From: the human T2T-CHM13v2.0 reference genome, Homo sapiens
Strand: one strand, 5' to 3'
DNA length: 64,000 bases
Assembly: GCF_009914755.1 (NCBI RefSeq)
Contig: NC_060925.1
Part shown: positions 46,676 to 64,000 of the stretch, piece by piece
Position numbering within the stretch: the first letter of the stretch is position 1
Layout: each line of letters begins with the position of its first letter
The notes under the pieces: generated by a model
What the model was told of the DNA's origin: nothing
Database searches by the model: none
The model's input: the letters and a program-made list of their open reading frames with translations, nothing else
Translations under genes and position numbers: made by a program

Positions 46676-47540
<865 letters not shown>

Positions 47541-49533
47541 TTAAGAAATGATTAAGCCAAGAGGGCTCCACCCTCATGGGTGCGAGTGGTAGTGTTATAA
47601 AAGGATGAGTTTGGCTCCTTCTTGCTCCCTTTTATCCTCTATCCTTCTACATGTGATGACTTAGCAAGAAGGCCCTTGCAGATGCCAGCACCTTGATGTT
47701 GGACTTCCCTGCCTCTGGAACTGTGAACCAATAAATGTCTGTTCATTATAAATTACCTATCCTGTGGTATTCTGTTATAGCAGCACAAATGGACTAAGAT
47801 AGGTGAATACAGTAGTGGGCAAAGATATGAGATGGAAAGAAGCTGGGCCTTGGCATCATTGAGACTTCTCCAGTCTGTCCTTCCTCTGGACTTTACTATT
47901 CGATGGGCCAATAAACTCCTTAATGTTTAAGCCAGTCTAAGTCAGATTTTCAGATTTGTAACATAACAAAATATACTTGAAACTGATAAAAATGGTTCTA
48001 TCAAATAAAAAACACTGTATTTTCACATTAACAATTTTATACACACTTTTTTTTTTCCATTTAGCAAGTACTCATGAGCATCTGTTAGCAACAAGGTGGG
48101 TTCCCTCCTGATGGTTGTATGGCTACCAGCTGCAGTGCTTCCTTATTCACTTGAGGGGTGGGATGGGGGGAAGGAGGGTGGGAGGAAAGAACAAATTGAG
48201 TGTTTGTAGAGTTTCTATTTCAATTAAAGTTTGAGAGTCCAACACATTTTTGTGTAACTTTAAAAATTACTTATGAAAATAATTTATTGAAAATATTGAC
48301 CAAACTAAGATGCATCTATTTGGCCATTATTTTCAAGGTTCTGAAAGCTTTTATGCTCTGAAGCATTTGTTTTGTCTAGGGTAAAATAGGATCATTTAAT
48401 AAGAAGATACTGAACTCTTGCTGTATACTGAAGATACAGTTTTTGTCCGTGGGGAGTTCATTGTCTAGTGGGGAGAAAGACATGTAAAAATAATAATGAT
48501 GCAATGACAGAAATGCTATAATAGAGGTATGTACTGAATGTGATGGGATTAGAGGAAGGAGCCATTAACTTGGTCCTGGGGGAGTATGAATGTCATTGGC
48601 TGCTTTCCAAGCTTTCACTGTAATGGGTATCTTTATCAGTTACTTGTACCTCCTGTAGTGTACTGGTATTATTGCCAGTTTTATATATCCTGTAATACAG
48701 AAGTCCTCTGAGAATGCATACCTTGCTGATGATATTGCTATAGTGATATGAAGTTTTATTTAATATTTAGAGAGTAAAATAGTTACTGCAAAGAGGCAAA
48801 AGATTATATTATGACATTTTCTATTATGTTGATTTCTATTCTTCTATCACTCACGTATACATGTAATCAGTGGGCTTTACAAGAACTATATCTGTACATT
48901 AGCAAAGGGATTTGAAAGGATCACGAATCCATCATTTTAATGATAGATTAGAGCATAATTCTATTTGTGGGAGTGGGAGACTGGAAAAGAGAGTAAATGT
49001 CACATTTTTGACAGCCACACCTGGATTTCAGACTTGTTAATTAACATTAGCCAGAACTAAGTACCAGTTTCTAACCTGAATTTTCTACTGATATGTGTGG
49101 TTTGTTGCTGTCATTAACTATTAACTTTTTTTTTGCTTCAATTTAAGTAAGATTTTAAAAAATTGATTATTTTAAATAATTAATGATCATGTCAACTTTG
49201 CATTTTAAAAATAAATCTAAAGAAGATAGTATATCTAAAGGAAAATCAACATAAGTAGCAGAAAATATTTTTTTATTATCAGAAGGAATTCATAAGTAAA
49301 TATTTTGAAACAGTAGTCTTACTCTTTTAGTGAAATTGTCTTTGTTTTCACTATGAATTTTAGAAAATTAGGCTCTAAGCCAATGTTAAACAATGTTTTT
49401 TGGAATGAACTGAGAACAAACTCATTTTTGTATTAACTTTATGTTGCCTCTGTATTTTTTAGCTTATGTGTTATTTTAAACCTACTTTATAAAAATATGT
49501 ATACGTTTTTTAGTATCACTAATTAAACTATGA

Positions 49534-49752
<219 letters not shown>

Positions 49753-50077
49753 TAAGTGCTTTCTTTATCCATGTAAGTCTAATATGTAATTGCTTATTTT
49801 TAACATGTATGTTTTTATTTAATATATTTTCATATGTATTTTGTAACCTGATAAGAAAAATCCATTCACTTAAATTCCAAATTATCTTAGTAATTAGTGT
49901 TGACAGAGGCTAAGTGTTAATATTAGTACTAGTAGTACTAATATTAGCTTAGTACTGGTAGTACAATATTAGCTTAGTACTGGTAGAGGCTAAGCATTAA
50001 CCTAAGACTGATCCTGAGAAAAGGGAAATGGTGTGCTCTCCAGTAATTTAAATGAATTATTCTATTCCAGGGTTTCT

Positions 50078-50230
50078 CAGTAGTGGCACTACTGGCATTT
50101 CAGGTTGTATAATTATTTGTTGTGGGGACAATGCTGTGCATTTTAGGATGTTTAGTTGTGACCGAAATGTCTCCAGACATTGCCAGATGTCCTCTGGAGG
50201 TCCTAATTGCCCCCTCTTGAGAACCGTTGC
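50078..50230 (-). mobile_element. MER20-like hAT DNA transposon
   Basis: cagggtttctca ... aatgtctccagacattgccagatgtcc ... tgagaaccgttg. Confidence 0.75.
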
Positions 50231-50324
50231 TACGTACTCACTCTGTATTGTTGGCATGTGAAACTTTAAAGTATGTATATTTATAAAAATATAACGTCAT
50301 AACTGTTTTTATTCTCATGGCTTA

Positions 50325-50690
50325 TGTCTTAGTCCATTTGGGCTGCTATAACAAAATACCTTAGACTGGGTAATTGGTGAACAATAGAAATGTATTGATC
50401 ACAGTTCGGGAGCCTGGGAAGTCCAAGATCAAGGTGCCAGCAGATTCAGTGCCTGGTGAGGGTTAGTTCCTTGAAGATAGCGTCTTCTCTGTGCCCTCAC
50501 ATGGCAAAAGAGATAAACAAACTTTCTTGGGTCTTTTTTATAAGAGCACTAATCTCATTCATGAGGATGGAGCCCTCATGACCTAATCATCTCTCAAATG
50601 TCCCACCTCTTCATACCACCACATTGGGGATTAAGTTTCATCATATGAATTTTGGGGTTGGGGGGACACAAACATTCAGACCATAGTAAC
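50325..50690. mobile_element. MaLR LTR (MST/MLT1A type)
   Basis: tgtcttagtccatttgggctgctataacaaaatacc ... acaaacattcagaccatag. Confidence 0.8.
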
Positions 50691-50829
50691 TTGTATTTGG
50701 TCAAATTGTTTTTTGAGAACAGAACATCAATTTGACTTTTTAGTAATTTTGGGGACTCATGTTTGAACTCAGAATTGTCATCAGCTAAATAATGGGAGAA
50801 ACTAGTTTAAATTAATCTTCATTCTGTAC

Positions 50830-53580
<2,751 letters not shown>

Positions 53581-53971
53581 CTTTCATGAGAAGTCAGTTG
53601 GATTTTCGGGTTTTTATGTCCTTATGTATCTTTTATATGTCTAAGAAACTTCTGGGATATCTGTCCTTATATCCCAGACATTTTTTGGATGCCAGTCTTT
53701 TAGTTATTTGCTAACATGGTTTTTGCCTATAATCAAAATGACATTTACATTAGTATAGAAAATTATCTTTGGATAATTATATTTTAAGTGTATTTATGTG
53801 ATTGGCTTATTCATTTTATGCTTTAGCAGTTTCTTTAATGACTTTTTTCTTTATTATTTCTGTTTCATGTGTGAAGCTCCTGTGGAGAGCATAAATGGAA
53901 AATTGCCTAACCTTGGCTACCTGTGTTCATTAAAAGAACTTAATATACTATAATTTAAGCAGATACTTTAA

Positions 53972-54360
<389 letters not shown>

Positions 54361-54596
54361 TAAAGTGTATGCTTTTTTCTCCTAGTAGGTGATAGAGAGT
54401 TGTTATAAGAACAAGCTTTGTGATGAAGCCAGTTCTACCACTTCTGTATGAACTTAGACTAATCACTTACCATTAGTTTCCTCCTCTGAAAAATGGGCAC
54501 ATTAATAATTCTTATAGTGGTGTTGTGAGGGTTAAATGTGATGGTTATAAAGCACTTAGCGCAGTGGCCTGGGCATGTGGTAAGCACTGAATAAGA

Positions 54597-55557
54597 TTGT
54601 TTTATAGGTAGTGACTTCAGATATGGCTCAAATGATTGTCAGTGGAAAGTTGAGCTTGCTTTATTATCTCATGATTATTGTGTTATTCATAGTAGTAGGT
54701 GCTATGAAATTATACATTTCTTCAGCTGTTGAATGTATGTTTAAAAGAAGATCCTTGGCATAGATCAAATTTTTATACATTAGAGAAAGGGAGACATTAC
54801 ATCAATGATACCCTTTATTTGTTATCATTAAAAGTGATTGGAAAAGATTGAATTAGACCCAGTATGGGAGAGTGGAGGAAGCACTGGACTTGGCAGTAAG
54901 ACAGATCTGCCTTCTTGCTGTGCATTATCTTGTTTTATTTTTTTTCAGCCTCAGTTTTCTCATTTCAAAGAAAGTAGTTGGAGTAGCTGGCTTTGTGCTT
55001 CATAGCACTTCACAGTGCTCTATTTCAAGCACTAATCATATTCTGTTTTGTATTAGGTTAGTCGTGTGTGTCTGTGATTATGTAAGCTCCTTGAGATTAG
55101 ATTGTCTCACTGATGTGCACATCTCCATTGGTGCCTCATGTAGTGTCTTGCATATAGAAAGCACTTGTGACGTACCCTTTTTTGGTTTCAAAGCAGATTG
55201 TTTTGACATTTGTCTGTATGAAAAGAAGGCAAAAGGAAGGGAGTACAATGGAAAATGTTGACATGAAAATTTCTTCTAGTGAAAATTCCCATAAAATAAT
55301 TTCTTGAATTTTTGCTTTGTGAAATTCAGTCCTTGTAAGTCTCTTCAGTTCACATCCTTTCTTTTTAAGTAATGGATAAAGATTTTGAAATAGTCTTTTA
55401 TGTTACTACTTATTGTAGCCCTTTGGTGTGTACTTTGTGCACTTGAGTTAGAGTGTGAAATACAGCCTTTGAAAAGTTGTTTTATATGCAGTGACTTCAG
55501 ATATGCCTCAAATGATTGTCAGTGGAAAGTTGTGCTTGCTTTATGACCTCATGATTA
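54597..55557 (+). repeat. 81-bp direct repeat, two copies 880 bp apart (54597-54677 and 55477-55557)
   Basis: ttgttttata...gtgacttcagatatg(g/c)ctcaaatgattgtcagtggaaagttg(a/t)gcttgctttat...ctcatgatta; 6 mismatches in 81 nt. Confidence 0.9.
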
Positions 55558-55849
55558 AAATTCAATTCAGGATCATAAAAATCCTTGATTTCCCAAGAAG
55601 ACTAACCTGGTTATTGTTGTGAGAGTGTGTGTGCATGTGAGAGGTAAAGAAAAGAGGGAGGACCTTTGGATGTTTAGTTTAACATCAAGAGCTGGGAGAT
55701 ACCAGGATAAAGTCTCAGTCAGGTAAATACATAAAACAGCACAGAACAAAGGATATCATTTCCTCTGCAAGCTTTCTCTGGCGGTAGCCATTGTCTCTCC
55801 CACATCCCTTATACTACAAGGATTGAAAGTGGTTGGAATAAGTGTCTTC

Positions 55850-56392
55850 CTTGTTGTATTTTCTTTCTGGTATCTGGGGTCTTGCTGATGGGGTTGGGGG
55901 AAAAGACTGCCCCTCCCAGGTTCGCTAATTCCTAGAGATAGTAAATGACTTGCCTGTGAACCAGCCAATCCTAAGTACATGGACCCACCTATATATCCAT
56001 TCATATATGCACATTCTCTATCTGGTTCTCATATTCCAGGAGATAACATTCTTTTCCCCTAATCTCCCTATAGCCAAGTACCAGACAAGTAGGGATCACT
56101 CCCATAGGCCAGAGCCAGTCAACATTATTCAAAAAATCCAGCCCTGATCCTGTTCAGTTGCTTACCTTGCCTTGCTTATTTCTTCCCTTGAAAACCCCAA
56201 TAAAGGCTTTTGTCCATGCTTTCCCCTTGCTCCTTCTGACCAACCCTGTTGCTTCCCTGTGTGGCCCTGCATGGTGTGCCCCCTCCTCTTGTAAATTATA
56301 ACTAACAAATTATCTTTTCAGTGGCAGTTGTCTCCTGATCTGTTGGCCTCACTATACCTGAATAACACCAAAATTTCTGTACATTTTAAACA
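55850..56392 (+). mobile_element. ERVL LTR (MER74-like)
   Basis: gactgcccctcccagg, ttcctagagatag, AATAAA near 56199, ends ...acattttaaaca. Confidence 0.7.
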
Positions 56393-56499
56393 CTCATGAA
56401 TGTCCTTGCTTCCTTCCTTCTTACTCCCCTATTGTTGAATCTCATTTTACTAGTCTATACCACAGGACAGTCATCAGCAGACTGCCAGTTCAGTCCTCC

Positions 56500-58230
<1,731 letters not shown>

Positions 58231-58239
58231 CTCTTTTTT

Positions 58240-62486
<4,247 letters not shown>

Positions 62487-62544
62487 ATATTACTTTTTAA
62501 CATTTAACATTTTTATAGACTCCTTTTCAAACTTGCTGCTGTTT

Positions 62545-63177
62545 ATTTTTTATTTTTATTTACTTATTTTTGAGACAGGGTTTCACTCTGTTGCCCTGAC
62601 TGGAGTGCAGTGGCATGATCACAGCTCACTGCAACTTGACCTGCAGAGCTTAAATGATCCTCCCACCTCAGCCACCCAAGTAGCTGGGACTACAGGTGCA
62701 TGCCACCACACTCTGCTAAGTTTTTAAATTTTTTGTAAAGACGAGGTCTCACTATGTTGCCCAGGTTGCTCTTGAACTCCTGAGCTCAAGCAATCCTCCT
62801 GCCTTGACCTCCCAAAATGTTAGGATTACAGGCGTGAGCCATCACACCCGGCTTCTGCTGTTTTATTTTATTTATTATTATTATTATTCTTTTTTGAGAT
62901 GGAGTCTTGCTCTGTCGCTCAGGCTGGATTACAGTGGCACAATCTCAGCTCACTGCAACCTCCGCCTCCTGGGTTCAAGTGATTCTCATGTCTTAGCCTC
63001 CCAAGCAGCTTACAGACACCCGCCACCATGCTCAGCTAATTTTTGTATTTTTTTATTAGAGACAGGGTTTCGCCATGTTGGCCAGGCTGATCTTGAACTC
63101 CTGACCTCAAATGGTCTCCCCACCTCGGCCTCCCAAAGTGCTGGGATTACAGGTGTGAACCACCATGCCCAGCTGGC
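62545..63177 (-). mobile_element. Two tandem antisense Alus (AluJ 62545-62852, AluS 62865-63177)
   Basis: Alu consensus. Confidence 0.85.
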
Positions 63178-63266
63178 TTCTGCTATTTTAGATTGACCTT
63201 TCTACAGTTAGTCCAAATTAAGAAGGTTTAATATTATATATGAAAGTAGCACACTAAGGAAACTAG

Positions 63267-63554
<288 letters not shown>

Positions 63555-64000
63555 TAGCCGTAAAAATAATTATATTCTGATACAGTTAGAGAAAAGCATA
63601 CTTCAAAAATATGCTTTACTGATTTTTTTTTTAATAAGCATGGAGAACTGAAAACACTAGTATTGTTAACTCCCAGTTTTTCCCAAGTAATTGGAGATAG
63701 GGTTATTATGAATAAATCCATACATAACTCACAATTCTCTTTTTAGCCATTATGCCTCTACGTTATTGTCCTTATTATAATCTATACCAATAAAGAAGCT
63801 TTGGCAGAGTCAATTCTGTTTCACACCCTAACAAAAATGGTAGCCTAGTTTTATGCATATTAAATGGTTAAGAAATACATAAATACTATAATACATATGG
63901 CATTTTACCATGAAAGAGACCTGAAGTTTGCTTGTGAAAGTAGATTTCAGAAGGATTGTGGCTTGTGAGTTATTGCAAATTGATGGAATGAGAAAGTGGA

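Noticed and set aside
54597-54677. 81-bp duplicated unit as a C/D box snoRNA
   Set aside because: It has ATGATT-like words but no proper RTGATGA/CTGA pair or terminal stem.

Overview
Primate, most likely human, genomic DNA (Alu/L1-dense and AT-rich) that I recognise as the EPHX4 - LPCAT2BP - SETSIP - BTBD8 interval (human 1p22). It contains: the last five coding exons of EPHX4 (+; 3676-24139; alpha/beta-hydrolase catalytic motifs intact); an intronless, multiply disabled LPCAT2-family acyltransferase retrogene, LPCAT2BP (+; ~27150-28700); an intact SET (TAF-I-alpha isoform) retrocopy, SETSIP (-; ORF 36297-35389) with 3'UTR, poly(A) remnant and target-site duplication (TSD); a CpG-island promoter and the first three coding exons of BTBD8 (+; 41428-63525). 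The rest is Alu, L1, L2, MIR, LTR and hAT repeats, and almost all short ORFs in the track are repeat artefacts. I found no new multi-gene system. The most notable observations are: (i) SETSIP natively encodes Gly at the position of SET Trp95; (ii) a strong splice acceptor at the SETSIP 5' TSD faces the BTBD8 CpG island, suggesting promoter borrowing; (iii) a 5'-truncated L1 is fused to ~415 bp of non-L1 sequence inside one TSD; (iv) several template-switch-type micro-rearrangements and a nested transposon stack. Repeat subfamily names and parental protein sequences are from recall, not from a search.
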